Below, one piece after another: positions 56,290 to 64,000 of a stretch of DNA of 64,000 nucleotides. The notes under the pieces are model-generated. The model made no database searches and was not told where the DNA came from. It was given only the letters and a program-made list of their open reading frames with translations. The first letter of the stretch is position 1, and every line of letters starts with the position of its first letter. This DNA is from an uncultured Verrucomicrobiota bacterium. GTDB taxonomy: Bacteria; Verrucomicrobiota; Kiritimatiellia; JAAZAB01. Location of the stretch: positions 119,976 to 183,975 of the forward strand of contig CAYUHK010000001.1 of NCBI GenBank assembly GCA_964444425.1. Direction: 5' to 3'. The position numbers were made by a program, and so were the translations under genes.

Positions 56290-58512
56290 TTAAGATTTTT
56301 CTGACATAGTACTAATGGCAAATCGAGCAGCTTTTTCTTTTAGCCCCTGGACCACTTGAGTCAATTGTTCTGTGGCCTGGTTAAACTCATGTAAGGACTG
56401 GCGAGTCTGATCGGCAGTGGCCGATAACTGGCTGACCGCCTCGCTGATCTGTTGAGCGCTCTGCGACTGATTCTGCATGCCTTCTTTAACCGCATCAAAG
56501 CTAGATGTGATCGCTTTAACTTGATCGATCACCTGCCCCATATGATCGCTGATGGCGGCAGCTTCTTTAACACTATGGCGCACTTCCTCAGAAAATTTAT
56601 CCATTACCATCACCCCGGAGGTTACCGAAGCCTGCATCTCACGAACCATGCGCTCGATATCCTGTGTAGCGCTTACGGTCTGATCTGCCAGACGATTGGT
56701 TTCTCTGGCTACCACCGAAAAACCCTTGCCATACTCGCCAGCCTTTTCGGCTTCAATCGCCGCATTAAGCGACAACAGGTTGGTTTGATCCGAAATCTTA
56801 TTGATGGTCGTGATTACGCTGGAAATCTTAATGGCTTGATCGTTGATAACGCTTAATTGCGAGGAAACCGTTGTCGTAGCTTCAAGCAGCCTGTGCATCG
56901 CCGATTCCATGCGGGTTAGATTAGCCCGACCGGTTTCCGCAGTCGTCGCCGTCTGCATAGCTGACTGCCCTACTTCATTCATCGTTTGCGCCAAAGACCC
57001 GGCGGTGGAGGCTATTTCTCTGCCGGTGGCGTTAACTTCCTGGGTTGAAGCGGCTTGTTCAGCCACAGTGCTTTCCAACTGCCGGGCCGAAGCCGAAATC
57101 TGCATCACCGAATTCGCCACCTGAGCTCCGCCTCGCTGGACCTGTCCAAGCAAAGCATCCAAGCTAGCCAACATGGCCTCAAAGGCTCTAACTAAAGATG
57201 CTATCTCGTCAGTCTGCCGCGAATGTTGGGAACCGCTGCGACGGGAATAAAGGGCGAGCTGAGCACGGGCTCCCTGCACATCGCCAGAGGTCATTTTCGC
57301 AACCACACTAATAATCAAACTTAAGGGACGCGTCATACGGCGGCCCATAATAAAAGCCGCCGCGGCGACCAGGATTAAGATCAATAAGCCCGATCCAATA
57401 GCTTGAACAGTCGACTGGCTAAAGGAAGCGCGGATCTGACGTTTGGCTGCATAAAAATCATCTTCGTAGCTGGTTGAGAAAATCACCCAATCCCAAGGAG
57501 CAAAATATATGATAGCCGACATTTTAGCGCGGGCATTTTCTTCGCCCGGATTTCTCCAGAAATATCGCTGGTACACGCATTCGCCCGCTGTAGCCTGCAG
57601 GGCATGATTGATCATAGATTGTACGAAAAAGCTGCCACGCGAATCTTGTTCCCCCCATATCAATTCGCCATCTCGTTCGCCTCCTTTGGAAATGATGTAG
57701 CGGCCGCGGTTGGCCCCTAGCCCTTCAAGCACAGCCATGTAGCCGGTTTTGCCTACTTGAATATTCATGATTGTCTGACAAAGCGATGCCAAGCTTGCCT
57801 CAGGTTCAGCAACATAAAGCATTCCTATCAGCTTACCGGCAGAGTCATTAATAGGCTCGTAGATAGCTAAACTTGGCGTATGGTTATTAATGTAGAATAG
57901 GCCGTAATAGTTTATTCCCTGCAACACTGAGGCAATGACCGGATTGGGTCGGCCATCCTGATTAAGCGCCGCAATATAATTACCGATAGCGCGTTGGCCG
58001 GAGCTAGTTGCAACGGTTGAGGCTATGCTTAACATATCGCCCTGTTCGTTAACTCGCTGAAAAATCGTACAAGGGCCTTTTATCAGATGCGTGATCTCAT
58101 CAAGGATCGGCGTTTTTTGGGCAAAATCATTATGCTGTCCTAGCCATTCCGTTCCGATCAGGAAGCGTGGCAATAATAACTGTTGTGCCAATTGGGCATC
58201 CGAATCCAGCGCCTGCCATGCAATCGTTTCCGGCGCCAGCGCGGCGGCGCCATATTTGGATAAAACTTGGCGCGCGAGATGCAGGTCGTCGTTAAGGTTG
58301 TTATAAATAATATCATTGGCAGTCTGACAGAGCCCATAGGCATCTTGAGCAATCTGGCCAATATTAAGCTCGGCCAAAACATTAAGTTCATCGCCAGCTT
58401 TATCAGCTATCGTCTTTTCCAACTTTAGCATCAAGGCTAACATCACTAGACTAGGGATCAATGCAGCGCCAAGAACCAAGCTGATAATTTTAAACTTAAG
58501 AGTGAATTGCAT
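56290..58512 (-). CDS. Methyl-accepting chemotaxis protein with a large double Cache-type sensor
   Basis: TM, sensor of about 330 aa ([11 protein letters not shown]...[10 protein letters not shown]; [11 protein letters not shown]), TM, HAMP. MCP hairpin [38 protein letters not shown]. Confidence 0.88.
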   Translation of the reverse strand: MQFTLKFKIISLVLGAALIPSLVMLALMLKLEKTIADKAGDELNVLAELNIGQIAQDAYGLCQTANDIIYNNLNDDLHLARQVLSKYGAAALAPETIAWQALDSDAQLAQQLLLPRFLIGTEWLGQHNDFAQKTPILDEITHLIKGPCTIFQRVNEQGDMLSIASTVATSSGQRAIGNYIAALNQDGRPNPVIASVLQGINYYGLFYINNHTPSLAIYEPINDSAGKLIGMLYVAEPEASLASLCQTIMNIQVGKTGYMAVLEGLGANRGRYIISKGGERDGELIWGEQDSRGSFFVQSMINHALQATAGECVYQRYFWRNPGEENARAKMSAIIYFAPWDWVIFSTSYEDDFYAAKRQIRASFSQSTVQAIGSGLLILILVAAAAFIMGRRMTRPLSLIISVVAKMTSGDVQGARAQLALYSRRSGSQHSRQTDEIASLVRAFEAMLASLDALLGQVQRGGAQVANSVMQISASARQLESTVAEQAASTQEVNATGREIASTAGSLAQTMNEVGQSAMQTATTAETGRANLTRMESAMHRLLEATTTVSSQLSVINDQAIKISSVITTINKISDQTNLLSLNAAIEAEKAGEYGKGFSVVARETNRLADQTVSATQDIERMVREMQASVTSGVMVMDKFSEEVRHSVKEAAAISDHMGQVIDQVKAITSSFDAVKEGMQNQSQSAQQISEAVSQLSATADQTRQSLHEFNQATEQLTQVVQGLKEKAARFAISTMSEKS

Positions 58513-58808
58513 GCTTTTTCTCCCGACAAAATTAAATCCATCGGAATAATTTTATCATATTAGTCTATGAGGATATCTTACTGACTAACAATTAGATACA
58601 ACATCCTCTACAGGCTATTTGCCCAGAGTTAAAATGCCATATGATAGACTGAAAGGCCAGCAGATTTACCTACCAGCCGGCATAGCCAGCTCGCCCGCTG
58701 CCCCTGCTCTATCAGAGAGAAATGCTCTCTTAACAGCGTTAGTAATAATTTTAAGCCTTCAGGAGGACAGTCAAATATTTTGATTAGATTTTTACCGATC
58801 AACTACAA

Positions 58809-59699
58809 TTAAGCTTTAGGCTGCGTAACTGCAATGTCCGGTTGGGGCTGAGTGCGCCAACGCCGATGGATCCAAATCCATTGATCCGGATGTTTCCGAA
58901 TGGCTGATTCGATAATAGCGGTATAAGCTTGCGTCGCTTGATGAATCGTTTCCGGCTGGCGGTCGGCCGGCGGCGACATAGCGGGCATTACATCTATCCG
59001 ATGGGTGCCATCATGGCGCCGCGTAATGAATACAGGTATCACCGGGCTACCAGACAATGCGCTGAGATAGGCCAAGCCCGGAGAAGTACAAGCCGGCCGA
59101 CCGAAGAATTCAACAAAGATGCCTTCATGGCGTTTCATGTTCTGATCAAGCATAAACCCTAATATTTCATTAGCCTTCAGAACAGCTAAGCAGGCTCGAA
59201 AAGAACCATGATGGGGCAAAGATTTAACACTGAGGCGTCGACGAATAGCAGCCCAATATTCGTTTAATGCAGCAGGTTTAAGGTTTTTTATAATGATGGT
59301 GATGGGCATTTCCCAAAAGCCAGCAATCATCGCCGGTAGTTGAAAATTACCGATATGAGCAGTTAACATGATTGCGCCACGACCGCGGCGGAGCTCTGCT
59401 TGGATCAGCTCCATACCATGGAATTCAATATGGCGCTCCATCCATTCCGGGCTGAGCAGACCAAAACGTAAGGTTTCAATGATAACCTGACCCAGATTAG
59501 CATACATGTCATCGACTAGCCGACAGACCGCTGTTATGTCCTTCTCTGGAAAGCAACCTTGTATGGTCTGTATGACCTCGCCGCGACGATATCGGAATAG
59601 CCGGCCTAATATCCAGCCCAAGCAGTGGCCTGCCCTAACGGTTTGTTTAAGGGAGAGCCGTGAACACAGCCTCGCTAGGAACTTGATAATAAAGCTCAT
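58809..59699 (-). CDS. Lipid A biosynthesis (LpxL/HtrB-type) acyltransferase family protein, second paralog
   Basis: AHIGNFQL acyltransferase motif and C-terminal HPDQWIWIHRRWR. 296 aa. Paralog of 10082-11017. Confidence 0.75.
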   Translation of the reverse strand: MSFIIKFLARLCSRLSLKQTVRAGHCLGWILGRLFRYRRGEVIQTIQGCFPEKDITAVCRLVDDMYANLGQVIIETLRFGLLSPEWMERHIEFHGMELIQAELRRGRGAIMLTAHIGNFQLPAMIAGFWEMPITIIIKNLKPAALNEYWAAIRRRLSVKSLPHHGSFRACLAVLKANEILGFMLDQNMKRHEGIFVEFFGRPACTSPGLAYLSALSGSPVIPVFITRRHDGTHRIDVMPAMSPPADRQPETIHQATQAYTAIIESAIRKHPDQWIWIHRRWRTQPQPDIAVTQPKA

Positions 59700-59764
59700 G
59701 GATTCAACGGAATATAGTGGAACAAACGAACGGCTGCACAGGCTCGAGCATGGCAGGTAGGCCG

Positions 59765-62248
59765 TTAAGCTGGCTCCGTGGTTTTAGGAATGAATTTAAA
59801 ATTATCTTGTTCCAGCACTACATCCACTATAACCGATTTGCCGATCTGGCCGGCCAGAATAGATTCTGCTAAAGGGTCTTGGAGATATTTTTCCACCGCA
59901 CGGCGCAAGGGACGCGCTCCATATGCCTCATCATAGCCTTTCTCTAGGAGGAAATCTTTAGCCTCCGCAGATAATTTAACCTGCACGTTTTTAGCTGCTA
60001 TGCGTTCGGTAACTTTTGCCAATTCCAATTCCAAAATACTAGCGATGTCGCTACGGGTTAATTGTCGAAAGACGATCACGTCGTCCACTCGATTCAGGAG
60101 CTCTGGTCGAAAGGACCGTTTAGCTTCCTCGAGCATGCGAGCCTTTAATTGCTCGAAGCTTGCATCCGAGGTCGCTCGGGCAAAGCCTAGGCCGGCGCTA
60201 CCTTTGACAACATTAGAGCCAAGATTAGTAGTTAAAATAACCACCGTGTTCCTAAAATTAACCCGGCGCCCCATGCTATCGGTCAGCATGCCTTCTTCCA
60301 TAATCTGCAAGAGGACATGCATGACATCCGGATGAGCCTTATCCACTTCATCAAACAAGACTACCGAATAGGGTTTACGGCGAACTTTCTCTGTCAACTG
60401 GCCGCCTTCTTCATGGCCCACATAACCAGGAGGCGATCCCACCATGCGCGACACCATGTATTTATCCATATATTCAGACATATCCAGCTGAACCAATGCA
60501 TCCCGATCATGAAACATATATTCAGCCAAAGCTTTAGCCAACAGGGTTTTGCCCACTCCAGTCGGGCCAAGAAAAATAAAAGAGCCGATCGGCCGGCGCG
60601 GATCCTTAAGGTCCGCTCGTGATCGCCGCAAGGCTTTAGCAAGAGCGGTAACAGCTTCATGTTGACCGATGACAGTCTTTTCTAATTCCTGTTCCATGCA
60701 AAGGAGCCTAGTCATCTCATTCTTATCTAAGCTCGCCAGTGGAACGCCAGTCCACTTAGCGACAATGCCCATGATTTCCGATTCGGTGATGATTTGCTGT
60801 TTTTTATCCTGAGTTTTGCGCCATTTAGCCATGGCTTTATCAAAGGTTTCACGAGCGGCACGTTCCTGATCGCGCCATTTAGCGGCCTTTTCAAACTGCT
60901 GAGCGTGAATAGCCTCTTCTTTACGGATCTTCAGATCGTTGATTTTTTTCTCAGCGCGCTTCAAGGCGACTGGGCGAGTCAGCAAAGCAATTCGAGATTG
61001 AGCGCCGGCTTCGTCGATTAAATCGATGGCCTTATCGGGCAAATAGCGGCCGCTGATGTAACGATGAGAAAGGCGGACGGCAGCCTCGAGGGCGCCGTCG
61101 GAAAATTGAGCTTTATGGTGTTCTTCATAGCGCTGGCGCAGCCCTTTTAATATTTCGATAGTTTCTTCAACACCAGGTTCATCGACGATCACAGTCTGGA
61201 AACGCCGTTCCAAGGCTGAATCTTTTTCGATATATTTGCGATACTCCTTCAGGGTCGTTGCGCCAATACATTGAAATTCGCCACGGGATAGCGCCGGCTT
61301 AATGATATTCGAGGCATCCATGGCTCCTTCAGCTGATCCAGCGCCAACGATGGTATGCAGCTCATCCATAAATAGAATCACGTTTTTTGCCCGGCGCATC
61401 TCATCCATGACCGCCTTAATACGCTCTTCAAACTGGCCCCGATATTTCGTGCCCGCCACCATAAGAGTTATATCCAAGCTGATCACTTGTTTATTGATCA
61501 ATAGCTCGGGCGCTTCACCAGTTACAATTTTTTGAGCCAATCCTTCTACTATAGCCGTCTTACCCACGCCAGCTTCACCCAGCAATACCGGGTTATTTTT
61601 GGTGCGCCGACAAAGGATTTGGACAACGCGGGTAATTTCCTCGGCCCGGCCGATAACCGGATCCAAGCTGCCTTTACGAGCCAGCTCTGTAAGGTTGCGC
61701 CCAAAGGCATTCAAAGCTGGAGTTTTGACAGCCTGCGACTTGGAGGTCCCTGCGCTGGCGGCGGCTGCAGCTGTCAATGCTGCTTGCTCATCATCCTCGC
61801 CTGGCTCAAAGTTCGGGTCCAGTTCTTTAAGCACTTCGGTGCGGGTTCGATCTAGATCAACATTAAGGTTTTTAAGAACTCGGGCCGCCACCCCTCCATC
61901 CTCTGCCAAGAGGCCCAGCAGAATGTGTTCTGTGCCAATATAACCATGATTTAAGGCCTTGGCTTCACTGGCAGCCAAGCTTAGCACCTTCTTGGCGCGC
62001 GGAGTCATTGGTAAGGCGCCGGCAGTTTTGGTTTCCGGTCCTTGACCCACTGCCCTTTCTACTTCCAATCGCAAGGCATCCAAGTCCACGCCCATGCGCT
62101 CCAAAACACTAACTGCCACCCCCTCACCTAATGCAATCAAGCCCAATAGCAAATGTTCGGTTCCGACATATGGATGGTTAAAGCGCTCCGCCTCTTTCTG
62201 GGCTAAGGTACGAATAACATGTTGCGCGCGTGGTGTAAACTCACTCAT
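59765..62248 (-). CDS. clpC: ATP-dependent Clp protease ATP-binding subunit ClpC
   Basis: Two Clp_N repeats, Walker A GEAGVGKT and GPTGVGKT, and a UVR-like linker ([11 protein letters not shown]). About 827 aa. ATG 62248 with GGAG upstream; the ORF-track GTG is at 62251. Confidence 0.9.
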   Translation of the reverse strand: MSEFTPRAQHVIRTLAQKEAERFNHPYVGTEHLLLGLIALGEGVAVSVLERMGVDLDALRLEVERAVGQGPETKTAGALPMTPRAKKVLSLAASEAKALNHGYIGTEHILLGLLAEDGGVAARVLKNLNVDLDRTRTEVLKELDPNFEPGEDDEQAALTAAAAASAGTSKSQAVKTPALNAFGRNLTELARKGSLDPVIGRAEEITRVVQILCRRTKNNPVLLGEAGVGKTAIVEGLAQKIVTGEAPELLINKQVISLDITLMVAGTKYRGQFEERIKAVMDEMRRAKNVILFMDELHTIVGAGSAEGAMDASNIIKPALSRGEFQCIGATTLKEYRKYIEKDSALERRFQTVIVDEPGVEETIEILKGLRQRYEEHHKAQFSDGALEAAVRLSHRYISGRYLPDKAIDLIDEAGAQSRIALLTRPVALKRAEKKINDLKIRKEEAIHAQQFEKAAKWRDQERAARETFDKAMAKWRKTQDKKQQIITESEIMGIVAKWTGVPLASLDKNEMTRLLCMEQELEKTVIGQHEAVTALAKALRRSRADLKDPRRPIGSFIFLGPTGVGKTLLAKALAEYMFHDRDALVQLDMSEYMDKYMVSRMVGSPPGYVGHEEGGQLTEKVRRKPYSVVLFDEVDKAHPDVMHVLLQIMEEGMLTDSMGRRVNFRNTVVILTTNLGSNVVKGSAGLGFARATSDASFEQLKARMLEEAKRSFRPELLNRVDDVIVFRQLTRSDIASILELELAKVTERIAAKNVQVKLSAEAKDFLLEKGYDEAYGARPLRRAVEKYLQDPLAESILAGQIGKSVIVDVVLEQDNFKFIPKTTEPA

Positions 62249-62278
62249 CACGACTCCATTCTTTAAGATATCTGCTGC

Positions 62279-63358
62279 TTAATGAGACGCCCCATTCTGT
62301 TGACGGCGTTGTTGTATCAAGCGCTCCCGCACTAAGCGCGCCCGCGCTAAATCCCGCTGTTCGGCGCCAATAGATTTGCCTTCTAATTTTTGTAGATGCC
62401 CCGGTTGAATCAAAACAAAAAGCTCATCGATAACCGTTTTTGGCCAATCGGTTATCAATCCCAAATCAATGCCTAGGCGCAAAGCCGAAAGCAGGTCTAA
62501 GGTTTCTTTAGAATTCAGCAAATAGGCTTGTGATATGATGCCATAGGCCCGGCCGATATGATCGCGCAGCGAGGCTTCGCGCTGCTGGAAGAGCCGGCCG
62601 CGAGCATTCTTTTCATGTTCGGCGATCTCGCGCACAATCTGCTCTAATCTGCCAATGATGGCCTCCTCTTTTTCTCCCTGAGTGACTTGGTTGGATATCT
62701 GGAACATGTTGCCCGATGCGACCGTCCCCTCGCCCCACAGTCCGCGCACCGCCAGGCCAATCTTGCTTACCCCTTTGATGATACCCCCAATCTCGTTCAT
62801 CAGAACCAAACCAGGCAAATGCAGCATTACACTGGCACGCATGCCAGTGCCTAGGTTTGTAGGACAAGCCGTCAAATAACCCAGTCGTGATGAAAATGCA
62901 TAAATGACTTGGCTTTCTATCGCGGTATCCAAAGCGTCCACCTGTTGCCAGCATTGCATGAGGTTGAGTCCCGGCGATATAGCCTGCAAACGCAGATGAT
63001 CCTCTTCATTCAGCATTATGGCTAAAGATTCATCTCGCTTAAGAATCAAGCCGCTGCCGCGCCCCTTCTCGGCCAAATCGCGGCTCATTAAATGTCGTTC
63101 TATCAATATTTCTCGATCCACGCGGCCCAATTCGCTAATCTCCAAGGCCAAAGGCGCCGTCAAGTCTGGTAAGGCTTCTATGACCGGACATAATTCCTGC
63201 CAAAGCCGTACCAATTCTTCCTCGCCGGCCCAGCCAGGAAAAGCGCGCCCATCAACATTGCGTGCCAGACGCACTCGGCTGCTAACCATAACGCCGTTAT
63301 TGCTATCTGGACTGAGCCAGGCTCCAGGCTGTTTTAATAAATCATCCAAGGCTTTCAT
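62279..63358 (-). CDS. mcsB: Protein arginine kinase McsB (ATP:guanido phosphotransferase family)
   Basis: Phosphagen-kinase active-site signature CPTNLGTGMRASV. 359 aa. ATGA overlap with mcsA. Directly upstream of clpC. Confidence 0.88.
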   Translation of the reverse strand: MKALDDLLKQPGAWLSPDSNNGVMVSSRVRLARNVDGRAFPGWAGEEELVRLWQELCPVIEALPDLTAPLALEISELGRVDREILIERHLMSRDLAEKGRGSGLILKRDESLAIMLNEEDHLRLQAISPGLNLMQCWQQVDALDTAIESQVIYAFSSRLGYLTACPTNLGTGMRASVMLHLPGLVLMNEIGGIIKGVSKIGLAVRGLWGEGTVASGNMFQISNQVTQGEKEEAIIGRLEQIVREIAEHEKNARGRLFQQREASLRDHIGRAYGIISQAYLLNSKETLDLLSALRLGIDLGLITDWPKTVIDELFVLIQPGHLQKLEGKSIGAEQRDLARARLVRERLIQQRRQQNGASH

Positions 63359-63867
63359 GGTGTTTTTTTAGACTGATGTTGCGAAGACTTTTTCAAATTT
63401 GCTTGAATTTGATCGCGAAAACGAGCGGCGGCCTCATAATCCTCAGCCTTCACTGCTGCGGCCAATGATTCCCGCAACGCGGCTAACTGTTTTTGCACCG
63501 GCGATGATTCCGTTGTGTGGGAGGGCGTCTTGCCAGCATGGTATTTGCCTCGGTGCATGGCTTCCAATAGCGGCTCCAGCTCGCCAGCAAAGGCCTCATA
63601 ACAGGTTTGACAGCCCAACCGAGAAGTTTTTTTAAAGTCAGAAAAACGCATATGACATTGCGGGCAAGTTTTACGGCTTGTTACGACGGAAGCCTCTTTA
63701 TTTCCACCAAGTCCCAAGAGCACATCCGTAATCGAAACCGGGTTGCTCCCATTCAATCCGCTGCTAGCGGCGCACGACTCGCATAGGTGCATTTTCTTAA
63801 CTTGATCATCAACCATGAGGGTCAAAAAGGTGGTGGCCTTATTTTTTTCACACATTTCACATAACAT
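63355..63867 (-). CDS. mcsA: McsA, activator of protein arginine kinase (zinc fingers plus UVR motif)
   Basis: CEMC...CESC and CPQC...CQTC zinc-finger pairs, then UVR-like DYEAAARFRDQI. GAGGA SD 7 nt upstream of ATG 63867. Confidence 0.8.
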   Translation of the reverse strand: MLCEMCEKNKATTFLTLMVDDQVKKMHLCESCAASSGLNGSNPVSITDVLLGLGGNKEASVVTSRKTCPQCHMRFSDFKKTSRLGCQTCYEAFAGELEPLLEAMHRGKYHAGKTPSHTTESSPVQKQLAALRESLAAAVKAEDYEAAARFRDQIQANLKKSSQHQSKKTP

Positions 63868-64000
63868 GGCATTATCCTCAATTTAAACAGCCAGCTAGCT
63901 GCCTAACTCTGCCTGCCCTGAGCGGCGCTCATTTGATTGGCGTGCCCACGCGAGTGGCCAATTCATGAAAACAGTCGCTCAATTTCAAGGTGTGTTGACC

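Noticed and set aside
58513-58808. 296-bp region upstream of the che operon, examined for a sigma-54 promoter and structured RNA (AGAGAG-N5-CTCTCT at about 58715-58731; 7-bp distant inverted repeat AGTCTAT/ATAGACT)
   Set aside because: The only TGGCA-like element (TGGCAT at about 58633-58638, minus) lacks a correctly spaced GC. The hairpins are short, lack U-tracts, and are within chance expectation.
63994-64000. GGTCAAC (minus strand) as a complete CtsR operator
   Set aside because: Only one heptad is visible. The downstream sequence (ACA-CCTTGAA) does not form the second direct repeat. It is kept only as a pointer in the McsAB finding, because the partner heptad could lie beyond the window.

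Overview
Dense bacterial chromosomal window with about 60 protein genes and one tRNA, roughly 50% GC by eye. I saw no rRNA, CRISPR, transposase, integrase, or recognisable prophage or defence genes. All protein calls rest on motifs read from the supplied translations and on synteny; no database or HMM search was possible.

The host makes LPS: lpxA, two LpxL-family acyltransferases, msbA, lspA and LpoB-like lipoproteins are present. It also carries three things unusual for such a bacterium: an archaeal-type topoisomerase VI operon (top6B-top6A), a standalone TrpB2, and a Firmicute-style mcsA-mcsB-clpC operon.

Gene blocks, left to right:
- partial hsp20 (-), then rnd, top6BA and cls (+)
- lpxA, miaA-lspA, a DksA-like gene, lpxL-like, tRNA-Lys, tgt-yajC-secDF, ferredoxin and DUF721 (-)
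- slt (+), then msbA-trxB (-), then a dimeric-dUTPase-like gene (+)
- gatCAB-pilB-pilT-pilB (-)
- an uncharacterised envelope cluster at 28.5-33.5 kb
- trpB2 (-)
- rplM-rpsI-argJBD-lysA-dapAB-folK-panBC (+)
- dtd (-), then an SDR gene and a dacA-like gene (+)
- an eight-gene Wsp-like chemosensory operon (-)
- lpxL-like (-), then mcsA-mcsB-clpC (-)

Best candidates for undescribed biology:
1. The Wsp-collinear chemosensory operon ends in a REC-PP2C phosphatase instead of a diguanylate cyclase. One of its CheW proteins carries an N-terminal C-x11-C-x8-C-x2-C module.
2. A four-gene operon encodes a TPR/coiled-coil/LysM lipoprotein, two tail-anchored proteins and a PEGA protein. It sits next to a COG3014-like/LpoB-like lipoprotein pair.
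3. hsp20 has a perfect sigma-54 -24/-12 promoter with upstream direct repeats and a hairpin at the predicted transcript start.
4. A DksA/TraR zinc-finger protein carries a Lys-rich, internally duplicated, histone-H1-like tail.
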